Below, piece by piece: positions 1-13,119 of a DNA stretch of 48,102 nt. Position 1 is the first letter of the stretch, and each line of letters begins with the position of its first letter. The translations under genes were made by a program, and so were the position numbers. A model generated the notes under the pieces. That model searched no databases. It was not told the DNA's origin and saw only the letters and a program-made list of their open reading frames with translations. This DNA is from Chiloscyllium plagiosum (lineage: Eukaryota): the NCBI RefSeq assembly GCF_004010195.1, contig NC_057751.1, positions 810,462 to 858,563 on the forward strand. The letters are read 5' to 3'.

Positions 1-384
1 ACAGTGAGGAGCTCCTACAGGGATGTCCTGGAGCTGAAATGACTGACCTCCAACAACCACAATCATCTCCCGATGTGCATCGTCTTCGTGCATCTGGGTA
101 TCATAAGAGTAAGAACAGATCTGATTAAAATTGATGCTCAAAAGGACTTTACATCTTGAATGTTGATTAAAAATCACACACAACCCCAGGGTACAGTCTT
201 GAAGAGTTATCAATTGAAACATTTGCTCTTTTTTTTCTGTACAGATTCAGCTAGACCTGCTGAGAATGTCCAGCATTTATTTTGTGATTTGAAAGAATCA
301 TTTACAACTGAGATAGTGAGAAGTGTAATATCAAATCATTATGAGTAATGGATTACATGGAGCAGTCCAGGAGAAATGAAAGAA

Positions 385-540
385 AATAGGAACAGGAGGA
401 GGCCATTCAGCCCCATAAGTTCACTCAGTTAATTAATACAATTATGGTTGATCCAATATATGCCCCTGTTCCAGTTTCTTCCCATACCCTTTGATACTTT
501 TAACCCAAAGAACAATATCGATCTCCTTCCTGAAAACATT
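385..540 (-). mobile_element. CR1 LINE 3' end fragment (old)
   Basis: Resembles the reverse-complemented CR1 3' ends at 14145 and 25700 (aggccattcagccc...cccatacccttgat). Confidence 0.6.
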
Positions 541-1400
541 TAATACAGGAGAATGGTCACCCGAAGGTCCGAGTCTGAATGTCCCAGATCGCTAAAATGT
601 TCTCTGACTGGGAGGGAAATCTTCTGTCTGTTGATTGTTGTGCGTTGTCCATTCACCTGTTGCTGTAGCCTCTGCTCAGTCTCATCAATATACCAATGCC
701 TAAGAGCATCCTTGCCTGCAGCATACGAGATAGACAACATTGGCTGAGTCATATGGATACCTGCCACGTACATGTTGGGAGGTGTCCCCACGTGTAATGG
801 TGGTATCCGTGTTAACACTCTGACACGTCTTGCAACGTCTGCCATGGCAGGGTTGTGTGGTGTTGTCCTGAAAGCCGGGCAGTTTACTGCAAACAATGAT
901 CTGTCTGAGGTTTGGTGGTTGTTGTAAGGCGAGAAATGGAGGCGTGGGGAAAGTCTTGGTGAGGTGCTCATCCTCATTGATAATGTGTTGCAGGCCGCAA
1001 AGAACATGGCGTAGTTTTTCGGCTTCTGGGAAGTATTGGACAATGAAGGGTACCCTGTCGGTTGCAGCTTGTGTCCATCCCCTGAGGAGGTAATTACGGT
1101 TTCTTGCTGTGGCACTTCGGAACTGGCGGCCGATGAGTTGAACATTATACCCTGTTCTTATGAGGGCATCCTTGAGTACTTACAATCTCTTCTGAACAGA
1201 TCCTGCGTATGCGTAGGGCTTGTCCGTAGGGGATGGCTGTTTTAATATGTTTCGGGTGGAAGCTGGAGAAGTGTAGCATCATGAGGTTACCTGTGGGTTT
1301 GCAGTAGAGTGAGATGCTGAGCTGCCCATTCTTGATGGAGATACGCATGTCCAAGAATGAGACAGATACTAAAGAGTAGTCCGTGGTGAGTTTGATGGTG
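541..1400 (-). mobile_element. Penelope-like element remnant (RT C-terminus plus GIY-YIG endonuclease), frameshifted
   Basis: Minus-strand translation gives SFLDMRISIKNGQLSISLYCKPT...LHFSSFHPKHIKTAIPYGQALRIRRICS (PLE RT C-terminal motifs) and ANVVYLVCC...WYIDETEQRLQQQVNGQR (decayed GIY-YIG). Confidence 0.9.
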
Positions 1401-1429
1401 CGCTGAAACTCAATATCACTTTGTAGTTG

Positions 1430-1695
1430 CGGAGTAAGCTTTAAAAGGGAAATAAAGGGTAACTTTTTCACACAAATGGTAGTGTCTGTATGGAATGAGC
1501 TGCAGGAGGAAGTAGTGGAGGCTGGTACAATTACAACATTCAAAAGGCATCTGGATGGGTATATGAATAGGAAAGGTTTAGAGGGATATGGGCTAAGTGC
1601 TGGCAAATGGGACTCAATTAATTTAGGTCATCTGGTCGGCATGGACGAGTTGGACTGTAGGGTCTGCTTCCATGCAGTACGTCTCTATGACTCTA
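1430..1695 (+). mobile_element. CR1 LINE 3' end
   Basis: Translates as FFTQMVVSVWNELQEEVVEAGTITTFKRHLDGYM, the CR1 ORF2 C-terminus, followed by a ctctatgactcta tail. Confidence 0.9.
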
Positions 1696-2168
1696 CGTGC
1701 AGAGCAGCCCCTGAGGATATGTCTAGGCACCACAGTTGAGGAAGGAGAGACTACACCTTCCTGGGAGAACAGTGCAGATTTATCTCAATGATTCCTGGAC
1801 TGAAGCATTATATTATGAGCAGAATTTGCACAAATCTATCTTTAATTTGTTATAGCTCAGACAGAATTAATTTAGCTTATTTCATCAATGCCAACTTTCT
1901 GCACAAAAAATGCAGTTTCTCTAATTCCCCTACTCTCTCCCCAAAGGTCTGCAAGTTTAGTTCCCTTAAATGTTTATCTAATTTCCTTTTTTACATCATG
2001 GATTCACTTCCTTCCACCGTAAGCAGAAAAAATTGTGTAGTACCACTCACAGGAAAGTAAAGAGCTTTTTCTTCCTGTCTCTGTTGTTGTTGAAATAGCT
2101 CAATTGGGAGTGTATTAGTCTGAATATTTAAGGCTTCTTTTTCAATCCCAAGTCTCACTATCCAATTC

Positions 2169-2500
2169 AGGTGGCTCACTGGTACATGCTGTTGCCTCAC
2201 AACATAAAGAACTTGGCTTTGATTCCAACCTCAAGCGAATGTCTTTGTGCAGTTTACACATTCTCCCCATGACTGCGCAGGTTTCCTTTGGCTGCTCAGG
2301 TTTTCTTCACAATCTGAAGATGTGAGGGTACGTGGATTGCTAAAAATTGCCCCATATAATCCAGGTACGTGCATGTAGGTGGGTTAGACATGGTAAAAAT
2401 CCCATGTGAGATTATGGGGATTGAGTGGTGGGGTGCATCTGGGTGGCATTCTCTTTTGAGGATTAGTGCATATTCGATGGATGGAATGGCTTTTTCCTCT
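2169..2500 (+). mobile_element. HE1-type V-SINE, diverged
   Basis: Aligns by eye with the younger copies at 34972 and 37653 (tRNA-like head, gtttacacattctcccc core). Confidence 0.75.
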
Positions 2501-2629
2501 ATAGTTGGGCCCAATACAGTACCCATCCTTTTACAGCTTACTTGAATTACTTAGAATAGGGAATTGAAGGCAAGGTAGTTAAAGATGGGTACCAAACTAT
2601 GTTGTGATGAGGACCTGAGGTTACAGCAG

Positions 2630-3822
2630 ACATAGGGTCACACAGCATGGAAGCAGATCATTTGGTGGAACCAGTCCATGCCAATCGTATTTCCAAACTG
2701 AACTAGTCCCACCTGCCTGTACTTGGCCCATATCCCTCCAAACATTTCTTATTCACGTTTCCTTTTTACTTTTTATTCATTCATGAGCTGAGGGCATCAC
2801 AGGCTAGGCAGCATTTATCGCTCATCCCTAATTACCCAGCGGGCAGTTAAGAGTCAACACATTGCTGTGCGTCTGGAGTCATATGTAGGCCAGACCAGGT
2901 AAGGATGGCAGTTTCATTCCTTACAGGACATTAGTGAACCAGATGTTTTCTCTCCTAACTAACTGACAATGATTCAAGGTCATCATTAGATTCTTAATTC
3001 CAGATATTTATTGAATTCAAATTCCACCATCAGCCATGGTGGGATTCAACTCCGGGTCCCCAGAACGTTACCTGGGATCTGTAGATTAACAGTCCAGCAG
3101 TAATACCACTAGGTCATCACCTCCCCTGTACTTATCCACATGTCTTTTAAACATTGTAAATGTACTCGCACCCACCACCTCTGGAAGCTGATTCCATCCA
3201 CGAACCACCATGTGTAAAACGTTGTCACTCATGTTTTTTTTAATCTTTCTCCTCTCACTTTAAAAATATGTACCCTGTTTTGAAATCCCTCACCATAGGG
3301 AAAAAAAACACCAGCCATTCATCTTATTGATATCCTCAATGATTTTATAAACCTCTATAAGGTTACCCCTCAACCTCCTACTCCAGTGAGAAAAGTCTCA
3401 GCCTATCCAGCTTCTCCTGATAACTCAAAACCTCCATTCCTTGCAACATCTTGATCAATCTTTTCCGAACCCTCTCCAGCTTAATAAAATTCTTCCTATA
3501 ACAAGGGTGACCAGAACGGGACAGAGGCCAAAAGATGTCTTGTACAACATCAACATAATTTCCCAAATCTTATGCTCAAAGGAGTAAGCAATGAAGGCAA
3601 GAGTGCTAAATGCCTTCTACCCAAGGGCCTACTTTTAATTGTCCTGCCCTTGTTCATTTTACCTTGCATTTTTGTTTCCAACTAAACTCCATCTGCCATT
3701 CCTCAGCCTATTGACACAATTGATCAAGATCTCTTTATAATCTTAGATAACCTTCTTCACTATCCACTATACCACCAATTTTGTTGTCACCTGCAATCTT
3801 ACTAACCATGCCTTCTATATTC
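2630..3822 (-). mobile_element. CR1 LINE 3' part, interrupted by a SINE at 2771-3126
   Basis: Minus frame reads IKLERVRKRLIKMLQGMEVLSYQEKLDRLRLFSLE, the CR1 ORF2 C-terminal motif. Confidence 0.85.
2771..3126 (-). mobile_element. tRNA-derived SINE (second family), near full length
   Basis: Same sequence as the copies at 27325, 29397 and 37035: B-box-like gttgaatccc, core ccttacctggtctggcctacatatgactccag, tgaatgaataaaa tail. Confidence 0.85.
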
Positions 3823-4335
3823 TCACCTCAAAGAGGAGAGACATTGAGAGAAACTGTTAGGAAGTATGCTGTAAGTAGAGGGCATTTTGTCTGCTGGTAA
3901 AGATTGCACTGGCTCTGCTGTAGAGCAGGGTTGGGCAAGATCCAAGTGAACAGTAGTGGGATGAGCCTTGATAGTTATGGGAACAGACAGACATTTCTGT
4001 GGCAGCGTTTGAGTTTCCAGAGTGGTGTATTGCTTCCCAGGTGCCAGAGTTAAGGACGACTCTGAGCAGTTGCATGAAATTCTTAAGGGAGAGGGTGAGC
4101 AGCTGAAGGTCATTGTGCACGTTGGTACCAACGACATAGGTAGAAAGAGGGAAGAGGTCCTGTGGAGTGAGTAGAGAGAATTAGGAAAGAAGTTGAAACA
4201 TAGGATCTTGAGGATAGTAATCTCTAAGTTGCAATGGCCACATGCTAATGAGGCAAGGAACAGGATAGATTAATGCGTGGCTAAGGAGCTGGTGCAGGTG
4301 GCAGGGTTTCAGGTTCTTCGATTATTGGAATCCCT
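3823..4335 (+). mobile_element. CR1 LINE ORF1 esterase (SGNH/GDSL-like) region
   Basis: Translates as GTDRHFCG...SRVVYCFPGARVKD...ILKGEGEQLKVIVHVGTNDIG, the typical CR1 ORF1 esterase motifs. Confidence 0.9.
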
Positions 4336-4397
4336 TATCAAAAACGCCACTCCATCTCCTCTCTTGCCTCCCTTTCTATCCTGCCTGTAGCATTTTT

Positions 4398-5908
4398 TCT
4401 GAGCCCTTTTACTGAGGAAAGAGATATTGGTCTGAGAGGGAGCACAGATTTATCCAAATAACACCTCGTGAATGAAACCTTTGAAGAGCAGGTGTGCATG
4501 CTGGAATGGATAGTGATAGAGGAAGCTGATGTGCTGAAAATTTTGTCAAACATTAAGGTTGACAAGACGCCAGGCCCGGACCTGATTTGTCCTCAGCTGC
4601 TTTGGGAAACGAGAAATACAATTGCTTCACCATTTGCGAAGATCTTTGCATCCTCGCTCTCCACTGGAGTCATACCTGAGGACTGGAGAGAGGCAAATGT
4701 AATTCCTCTCTTCACGAAAGGAAATAGGGAAATCCCCAGCAATTACAGACCAGTAAGTCTCACGTCTGTCGTCTGCAAGGTGTTAGAAAGGATTCTGAGG
4801 GATAGGATTTATGACCATCTGGAAGAGCATGGCTTGATTAAATGCAGTCAACACAGCTTTGTGAGGGACTTGAGCTGTGGATGTGGTGTGTATGGACTTC
4901 AGCAAGGCATTTGATAAGGTTCCCCATGGTAGGCTCATTCAGAAGGTCAGGAGGAATGGGATTCAGGGGAACTTAGCTGTCTGGATACAGCATTGACTGG
5001 CCAACAGAAGACAGCGAGTGGTAGTAGAAGGAAAATATTCTACCTGGAGGTCAGTGGTGAGTGTCCTTGGGCCTCTACTGTTTGTAATTTTTATTAATGA
5101 CTTGGATGAGGGGATTGAAGGATGGGTCAGCAAGTTTGCAGACGACACAAAGGTTGGAGGTGTCTTTGACAGTATAGAGGGCTGTTGTAGGCAGCAGCGG
5201 GACATTGACAGGATCCAGAGATGGGCTGAGAGGTGGCAGATGGAATTCAACCTGGATAAATGCGAGGTGATGCATTTTGGAAGGTCGAATTTGAAAGCTG
5301 AGTACAGGATTAAGGATAGGATTCTTGGCAGTGTGGAGGAACAGAGGGATCTTGGTGTGCAGGTAAATGGATCCCTTAAAATGACCACCCAAGTGGACAG
5401 GGTTGTTAAGAAAGAACATGGTGTTTTGGCTTTCGTTAACAGGGGGATTGAGTTTAAGAGTCGTGAGATCTTGGCTGCTTGGATTGGAGGGCTTATCTTA
5501 TGAAGAGAGGTTGACTGATCTCGGACTTTTTTCATTGGAGAAAAGGAGGAGGAGAGGGGACCTAATTGAGGTATACAAGATAATGAGAGGCATAGATAGA
5601 GTCGATAGCCAGAGACTATTTCCCAGGGCAGAAATGGCTATCATGAGGGGTCATAGTTTTAAGTTGGTTGGAGTAAAGTATAGAGGGGATGTCAGAGGCG
5701 GGTTCTTTACACAGAGAGTTGTGAGAGCATGCATTGCCAGCAGCAGTTGTGGAAACAAAGTCACTGGGGACATCTAAGAGACTGCTGGACATGCATATGG
5801 TCACAGAAATTTGAGGGTGCACACATGAGGATCAATGGTCGGCACAGCATCGTGGGCTGAAGGGCCTGTTCTGTGCTGTACTGTTCTATGTTCTATGTTC
5901 TATGTTCT
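4398..5908 (+). mobile_element. Younger 5'-truncated CR1 LINE (RT domain and 3' tail) nested in an older CR1
   Basis: KTPGPD, PEDWREANVIPLF, NYRPVSLTS, LGPLLFVIFINDL, SKFADD, WQMEFNLDKC; ends in (TTCTATG)n. Has internal deletions and frameshifts, so it is non-functional. Confidence 0.95.
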
Positions 5909-7700
5909 ATAAGGCAAAGGAGAATCCACAAGTATATTAAGGGCAAAAGAGTAACTGGGTATGGAATAAAACCCCTTAAAAATCTACTATATGTGGAACC
6001 ACAGAAGATGGGTGAAATCCTAAATGAATATTTCACGCCTGTATTTACTGTGGAGAAAGACATGGAAGCTTGAGAAATATTTAGTGCTGTTTTGAAAAAA
6101 GACCACACTACTGAAAGCGAAGTGCTGGAAGTCTTAAAATACAAAGGTGGATAAATTCCCCGGGACCTGATCAAATGTATCCTCACACATTCTGGACTGC
6201 TCGGGAAGAAATTGCAGGGCTCTCCGCAGAAATATTAGCATCATCGACTGCCACGGGTGACATGCCAGAAGACTGGAGGGTGGCTACTGTTAAGCCAGTA
6301 TTTCAGAAAGGCTGTAAAGAAAAGCCAGGAAACTACAGAAAGGGTAATGCTGACATCAGTGGTGGGTAGGTTGTTGGAAGAGATTCTGAGAGACAAAATC
6401 TACATGCATGTGGAAAGGCAAGGACTGACTAAGCTTAGTTAATATGGATTTGTGTATGGAAAATCATGTCTCCCAGCTTCATGAGTTTTTTTTAAAAAGG
6501 TGAAGATGAAGATCAATGAAGAAAGAGTGGTTGAAATTGTCAATATGGACTTCATCAAGGCCTTTCGATGAGCATGCGCTTATTAGACTGGTTGGTAAGG
6601 TTAGACCACATGGGATCCAGGAAAAGCTAGCCAACTGGATACAAAATTGGCTTGACAGTAGGACACAGAGGGTGATGATGGAAGGCTGTTGTTCGGATGC
6701 AAACCTGTGACCAGCGATGTGCTGAAGGATCAGTGTTGGGTCCACTGTTGTTTCTCATTCATATAAATGATTTGGATGATAATTAGGGGGCATAGTTAAT
6801 AAATTTGCGGATGACACAAAAATTGATGGTACAGTGGACAGTGAAGAAAGTTACCTAAGAGCATAATGAGATTTTCATCAACAGGGCCAGTGGATGAGGA
6901 ATGGGAGATAGAGTTTGGTTTAGAGGTTTTGTATTTTGGTGAAACAAGCTGGGGCAGGATGTATTCAAGCAATGGTAGGGCCCTGGGGAGTGTTGTCAAA
7001 CAGGGCCTAGTGGTGCAGGTACTTGGTTCTTTGGAAGTGCTATTACAAGTAGAAATGGTAGTGAAGGCTAATTTGGTACGCTTAACTTCATCAGTCAGAG
7101 CACTGAGTGTAGGAGTTGGGACATTATGTTACAGCTGTACAAGACATTCATGAGGCCAAATTTGGAGTACTGCGTACAATTTGGGTCACCCTACTCGAGG
7201 AAGGATGTTATTAAACAGGAAAGTGTGTAACAAAGATTTACAGGGATGTTACCAAAACGGTAGAATTTATGCGATAAGAAGAGGCTGGGAAGGTTGGGAT
7301 TTTTTCCCTGAATCAGAATAGCTGAGGGGTGATGTTATCAACGTTTATGAAAACCTTGATAAAGTGAATGAGGGGCGTGGATAAAGTGAATGGCCAAGGT
7401 CTTTACCTCAGGTTAGGGGAGTCCAAAACTAAAAGTTTAAGGTTGAGAAGGGCAAGATTTAAAAGGTGTGACGGACAATCTTTTTGTCACAGAGTGCAGT
7501 GTGTATGTGGAAGCTGACAGAAGAAGTGGCAGAGGCAAGTACAATTATAACATTTAAAAGATATTTGGATAGGCACACAGATAGGAAAGGTTCAAAGAAA
7601 CAGGGCCAAATGTAGTCAAATGGGTCAAATTCAATTTTGGAAACCTGGTCAGCATGGATGAGTTGGGCCGAAAAATCTGTTCCAGTGCTGAATGACTATA
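5909..7700 (+). mobile_element. Older CR1 LINE ORF2, degraded
   Basis: PEDWRVATVKPVFQKG, QGSVLGPLLF-like and KFADD motifs with many stops; CR1 3' end near 7700. Confidence 0.9.
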
Positions 7701-7870
7701 AAAGCTGTGTTCTACGATTACCAAAAATTATGACAATGTTAACAATTTATCTCTATCTCTGCAAATGAAATATCCTGGACACAAATCTACACCTCAACAA
7801 AATCACTGCTTAACCTTCTCAGCTGTAAGGAGAATTATGTGACTTTCTGCTATCTCTGCACCGTGCACCG

Positions 7871-8142
7871 TAGCACTGCTGCCTCACAGCGCCTGATACC
7901 CGGGTTCAATTCCCGCCTCAGGCGACTGACGGTGTGGAGTTTGCACGTTCTCCCCGTGTCTGCGTCGGTTTCCTCCCACAGTCCAAAGATGTGCAGGTCA
8001 GGTGAATTGGCCATGCTAAATTGCCCGCAGTGTTACGTAAGGGGTAAACGTACGGATATGGGTGGGTTTCGCTTCGGCGGGTCGGTGTGGACTTGTTGGG
8101 CCGAAGGGCCTGTTTCCACACTGTAATGTAATCTAATCTAAA
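7871..8142 (+). mobile_element. HE1-type V-SINE
   Basis: B box gggttcaattcc, core gtgtggagtttgcacgttctccccgtgtctgcgt, tail gggccgaagggcctgtttccacactgt shared with CR1 3' ends, then (TAATC)n. Confidence 0.9.
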
Positions 8143-8489
8143 AATAGGAACCCATTTTTAATTTATTCATGGGATGTGGGCTTTGCCTTTGAGAAAGTGG
8201 TGGTGAACTGCCATCTTGAACTGCTGTAGTCCATGTGCTGTACATACACCAGTGTTGTTTGGACGATAATCTCCTGCAGCCTCACAGCTCTTCCCATCTC
8301 TGTAAACCCCTCCAGCTTCACAAACCTTCCAATCTCTAACCTCCCCTAGCCGCAATAAAACTTTCTCTATAATGCCCTTTAGCCTCACAATTCTCCCTAC
8401 CTCTGAAATGTCCTCCACTTTCATGACTTCATGCCCGAAACATCGATTCTCCTGTTCCTTGGATGCTGCGTGACCTGCTGCTACTTGTC

Positions 8490-9200
8490 GATTTCCCCAG
8501 CCTATTCAGCTTCTCTCTGTCACTCAAATCTTCCAACCCAAGTAAAATACTTATAAATATTTTCTGAACCCTTTCAAATTTCACATCTTTCCTATAGCAG
8601 GGAGACTAGACTTGAATGCAATATCCCAAACGTTGCCCAGCCAATGTCCTGAAAAGCCACAATATTCCCTCTCAGCTCTTGTACTCAATGTACTGACCAA
8701 TAAAGGCAAGCATACCAAATGCCGCCTTCACTGTCCAGTCTAGTTTATTTTTAGATTTTTAGATTCAATTACCTGCAGTGTGGAAACAGGCCCTTCAGCC
8801 GAACAAGTCCACACCGACCCTCCGAAGAGCAACCCCCCAGACCCATTCCCTTTTTTACCCCTGACTAATCCACCTAACACTATGGGCAATTCACTTAACT
8901 TGCACATCTTTGGACTGTAGGAGGAAACTGGAGCACCCGGAGGAAACCCACGCAGACACTGGGCCAATGTGCAAACTCCACACAGACAGTTGCCTGAGGC
9001 TGGAATTGAATCTGGGTCCCTGGCGCTGTGAGGCAGCAGTGATAACCACTGAGCCACCCACTTGCGACACCACTTTCAAGGAACTGTGAACCTGCACGCC
9101 AGTTCTGTTTGTTTAGCAATGCTCCTGCGGACCTTAGTATTAAGTGTATAATTCTTGCTCTGATTTGCTTTTCCACAATGCAGTACCTCACATTTATCTA
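8490..9200 (-). mobile_element. CR1 LINE fragment interrupted by an HE1 SINE (8752-9058)
   Basis: CR1 ORF2-like reading GVQVHSSLKVVSQV continues across the SINE. Confidence 0.8.
8752..9058 (-). mobile_element. HE1-type V-SINE
   Basis: Reverse complement of the HE1 head, core and tail seen in the other copies. Confidence 0.9.
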
Positions 9201-9204
9201 ACGT

Positions 9205-10440
9205 AGAACATTGCAACACAGTACAGGCCCTTCAGCCCTCGATGTTGCGCCGACCTGTCATATCAATCTGAAGCCCATCTAACCTATACTATTCCAAGTA
9301 CATCCATATGCTTGTCCAATGATGACTTAAATGCACTTAAACTAGGCGAATCTACTACCGTTGCAGGCAAAGCGTTCCATATCTTTACTACTCTCTGAGT
9401 AAAGAAACTACCTCTGACATCTGTCCAATGCCCCCTTGTGCTCGCGGGGTCACTATTCTTGGAAAAAGGCTCTCCCTGTCCACCCTATCTAACCCTCTGA
9501 TTATCTTATATGTTTGATGTTTTGTGCTAGTTTTGTTTCATAATTCTTTTTATTAATTTTTTTAGTATCCCTTTGTTTATATTTGGAAGTTTCCCAGTCT
9601 TCCATTCTGCCACAGGCCTTTGCAATATGATATAGCTTAATTTTGACTTTGTGTTGTCCTTGACCTCCTTGTTTAGCCATGGGTGGCTTTTTTGCCCCCC
9701 CCCCCTTACCATCTTTCTTTCTCATTGGGATATATTTTAGTTGTGAGGAATTCAGTAGCTCCTTAAACATCTACCATTGCTCATCTATTGTCTTAACATT
9801 TAGCCTTCCTGCCCAACCCTACCTGAGCCAAATCTGTCCTATATAATTTTCTTTGTTTATTTCCATAACACTACTGTGGGATTCCATTTTCTCACCCTCA
9901 AAACTGTATTTTGAATTATATCATACAATGGTCACTACTCCCTAGTGGATCCTTAATTATGATGTTATCAATTAATGTCTCCTTATTACACAATACCAAA
10001 TCCAGATCATGGAATCCAGAGTAGCCTGCTCCCTGGTTAGTTCCACAACATGCTGCTCCAAGAAGCAATCTCTACTATGTTCAATGAATTCTGCCTCCAG
10101 GCTACCCTTGCCAATTTGATTCTTGCAATCTGTGCACATGTTAAAATCACCAGTGATTAATGCTGTACCTTTCTTGCAAGTCTCTAATATTTCCTGGTTT
10201 ATATGGTGCCCCACTGCAGAACAACTGTTTGGGAACTTAGAGTTATTCCTCCCAAATACTTCATCCCTTTGCTATTTCTTATTTCTACCCAGACTAATTT
10301 CCATGTTTATGTCATTTCACATTACAGCACTGATCCCTTCCTCCACCAGCAAGGCCACGCCACCTCCTTTTCCTTTCAGTCTATCTTTCCGAAATGCTGA
10401 GTATCCCTGGATATTCAAATCCCAGGTGCGGCCATCCAGA
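9205..10440 (-). mobile_element. CR1 LINE pieces: 3' end (about 9205-9505) and APE endonuclease region (about 9505-10440)
   Basis: ALITGDFNM and FLEQHVVELTREQATLD are AP-endonuclease motifs; PWLNKEVK is the linker motif. Confidence 0.85.
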
Positions 10441-10459
10441 ATCCTGAAACCGTGAATAG

Positions 10460-10720
10460 ATGAAATATGGGAGTTAACTATTAGTGCTGATTGTTCCTGG
10501 GACTTAATATAAAGATAAATGTTATATCCAGTAAATATGACTCAGGGATAGGGATAACTCTACTGTTTTTCTTCCAGTAGTGGATTGGAACTTGTTATAT
10601 CAATCTGAGAGAGAAAATACATATATATTTCAATGTTCTATCTAAAATACAGTACCTCCAACAATGAGCAGTGCGACATTTTCCAGAAATGAGGTCAGCC
10701 TTCAGTACTGACTTGAGTGA
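10460..10720 (-). mobile_element. DeuSINE-like fragment (old)
   Basis: Weak similarity to the copies at 29060 and 37400. Confidence 0.5.
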
Positions 10721-10779
10721 AAAATGTATCTAAACTATCCTGTGCGATAACAGATACCCTGATCAAGTCATCACTCTCT

Positions 10780-11180
10780 GTACATTGCAAAGCTCATGAC
10801 AGGGCCTTTACGCCACCACTTTTGGCCAGTCTCCCTCAGGTTACCCAGAAAAGGGGAGCTGCCTCAAAATGTGAACAACAGGTGAGGCTAGATCCCTCAT
10901 GCTCCTACATTTCAGCAAACCAACAAGTGGTTTACTCTACTAATAGCATATTGCCATCAAGAGAATAAGACAGTTTGCCGACCAAACAAATGAGTAAAGT
11001 GATCTCTAAGTTTCAGCACCAGTGTGACGCCAGACATGCAGACTGCACATACAACATCTGATGGACCATATCAAATAACGTTTTCATTGACCACCATTTG
11101 CAGTAGCAGAGTACTGATTACACTCAACCAATCTGTCCTTGCAAGCCTCAGAGAACTACATCCACGATTACATTTGAATC
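10780..11180 (+). mobile_element. Penelope-like element remnant (linker plus GIY-YIG), degraded
   Basis: Reads PVSLRLP...CEQQVR...VVYSTNSILPSRE*DSLPTKQMSKVISKFQHQCDARH, matching the PLE pattern LP..KD.LP....S.VVY.F.C.CD..YVG. Confidence 0.7.
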
Positions 11181-11399
11181 TGCTATTGAAAGTCATCAGT
11201 AAGCATCACGTGCACAAGCAGTTGGGAGACAACACATCCTGAGTGAAATACAACCAGCATGAGTGTGGGCTTCTGGGAATTTGGAGCATGCTGGGAATTT
11301 GCTACAGAGGAGATAGGGCTTTTTGCTTTTATTGTGATATGTAGTTCATCGGACTATATTCTATAGAAAGGAGGACCAGGGAACAAGGGCTTGTGAGTA

Positions 11400-12300
11400 G
11401 CTGATATTACTTGATAAAACATCTTCCAAAAAGCTTAATTTAAAGTGCTAAGTCACAGCAGGAGAGCCCAAAACTGTGATGTGCTCTTCCTGCTCTTCTT
11501 GGGTAAGGTGGCTGCAGTTATAGTTCCAATTCCTGAGGCCAGCATGTGTGCAAGAAATGACTCCAGCTGCAGCCCTTGGAAAGCCAGGTTTTGGATCGAG
11601 AGCAATGGTTTGGGACACTGTGGAGCATCTGTGAAGTTGAGTAAAACATGGTTAGCACCTCTAGGGAGGTAGTCACATCACAGGCTGAGACTCCGCAGGC
11701 AGAAACTGAATATGTACCACTAGGTAGGGCACAAGGTCCAGGTAAGCACTCAGGAACCCCCAGTGGCTATTCCCATGCAAAACAAATACTGTTGAGGGGA
11801 ATGGCATCTCAAAGGAAAGGACTAATGGCCAAATCCATTACACCATAGTTGGGTCTGCTGTACAGTGCACGAGTGAAAAGTGTAGGCATGCAATAATTAT
11901 AAGGGATTTAATTGGAAGGGGAATACACAGAAATTGCTGTGGCCACCACAAATGAGATTCTAAGATGGGTGATGCCTCACTGGTGCTCAGATCAAGGATG
12001 TCTTAGAGCAGCTACGGGACATTCTAGAGAGGAAGAGTGAACATCCTCTGGTTGTGATGTATGTTTGTACAAACAATAAAGGAATTAAGTCTGAAAAGCA
12101 GAATATATGGAGTTAGGAAGTAAGTTGAAAAGCAGGACCTCAAAGGTAGAGATCTCAGGATTACCACCAATGCCATGTGTGAGTCAGAATAGGAACAGCT
12201 GGATATATCAGATGAACATGTGGCTGAAGAGATGGTGCAAGTGGGAGGATTCCTATAGCATTAGGACTGGAGCTGGGAGAGGTCACTTAAAGTGATGACA
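11400..12300 (+). mobile_element. CR1 LINE 5' region (ORF1 zinc finger and esterase)
   Basis: VMCSSC...HVCKK*LQLQ zinc-finger-like start, followed by esterase-like ELGSKLKSRTSKVEISGLPP...MNMWLKRWC. Confidence 0.85.
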
Positions 12301-12667
12301 GTGGAAAAGGCAATGGCAAACACTCAAAGAACACATGGGCGAACTGCAACATTTGCTCATTCCTGTGTAGCACAAAAGTAAAGCAGGAAAAGTAGCTAAA
12401 CCATTGCTTACATGGTGATTAAGTGATGGTTTTAGATCCAGGGAAGGGGCGTACAAATACGCCAGAAAAAAACAACAGGCCTGAGAAGTGGGAACAGTTT
12501 AGAATTCAACAAAGGAATACAAAGGAATTGATTAAGATTGTGGAATTAGAGTATGAGAGTAAGCTTGCAGGGAACATAAGAACTGACTGTACAAGTTTCT
12601 ATAGGTATGTGAAGAGAAAACCACTGGTGAAGACAAATATAGGCCCCTTACAGTCACAATCAAGTAA

Positions 12668-12847
12668 TCATGATTTGGAGATGCCGGTGTTGGACTGGGG
12701 TATAGTCCAACAGGTTTAATTGGAAGCACTAGCTTTCGAAGCGTCGCTCCTTCATCCACTACCACCTGATGAAGGAGCAGCACTCGGAAAGCTAGTGTGC
12801 TTCCAATTAAACCTGTTGGACTATAACCTGGTGTTGTGTGATTTTTA
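12668..12847. mobile_element. Foldback PLE terminal-repeat mini-element (AGCU family) with TSD
   Basis: Inverted arms tatagtccaacaggtttaattggaagc...gcttccaattaaacctgttggactata; direct repeat acaatcaagtaa at 12656-12667 and 12848-12859. Confidence 0.9.
12763..12797 (+). ncRNA. Minimal hammerhead ribozyme motif (stem II partly decayed)
   Basis: CAC-CUGAUGA-A-GGAGCagcACUCG-GAA-AGCU-A-GUG; stem I CAC/GUG; predicted cut after A12794. Confidence 0.75.
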
Positions 12848-12915
12848 ACAATCAAGTAAAGTAACAATGGGGAACAAAGAAGCAGCTGACCAACTAAATA
12901 CACTCTTTTGTTCCG

Positions 12916-13002
12916 TCACTAGACCCAAAACGTTAACTCTGATTTCTCCTCACAGATGCTGCCAGACTTGTTGAGATTTTCCAGCAACTTCTGTTGTTGT
13001 TT
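12916..13002 (+). mobile_element. PLE terminal-repeat fragment (GGGUC/GACCC family), hammerhead 5' half missing
   Basis: tcactagacccaaaacgttaactctg...gatgctgccagac...ttttccagc is homologous to the minus-strand copy at 19261-19359. Confidence 0.7.
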
Positions 13003-13119
13003 AAGATCACTAGGGCTTGCAGTAGGATGCACTTGCGCGTGCTAGAAGCATATCAATACACAGGACCTTGTTAATTTATACAAAAGGAATTTATACATGC
13101 ATTGCACCTTAATACTAGA

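Larger units (their letters stand above)
12475..12915 (+). mobile_element. CR1 ORF2 fragment interrupted by a palindromic PLE mini-element
   Basis: YESKLAGNIRTDCTSFYRYVKRK...NIGPL, resuming as MGNKEAADQLNT after 12859. Confidence 0.85.

Noticed and set aside
4963..5535. 190-aa minus-strand ORF
   Set aside because: Antisense shadow of the CR1 RT frame.
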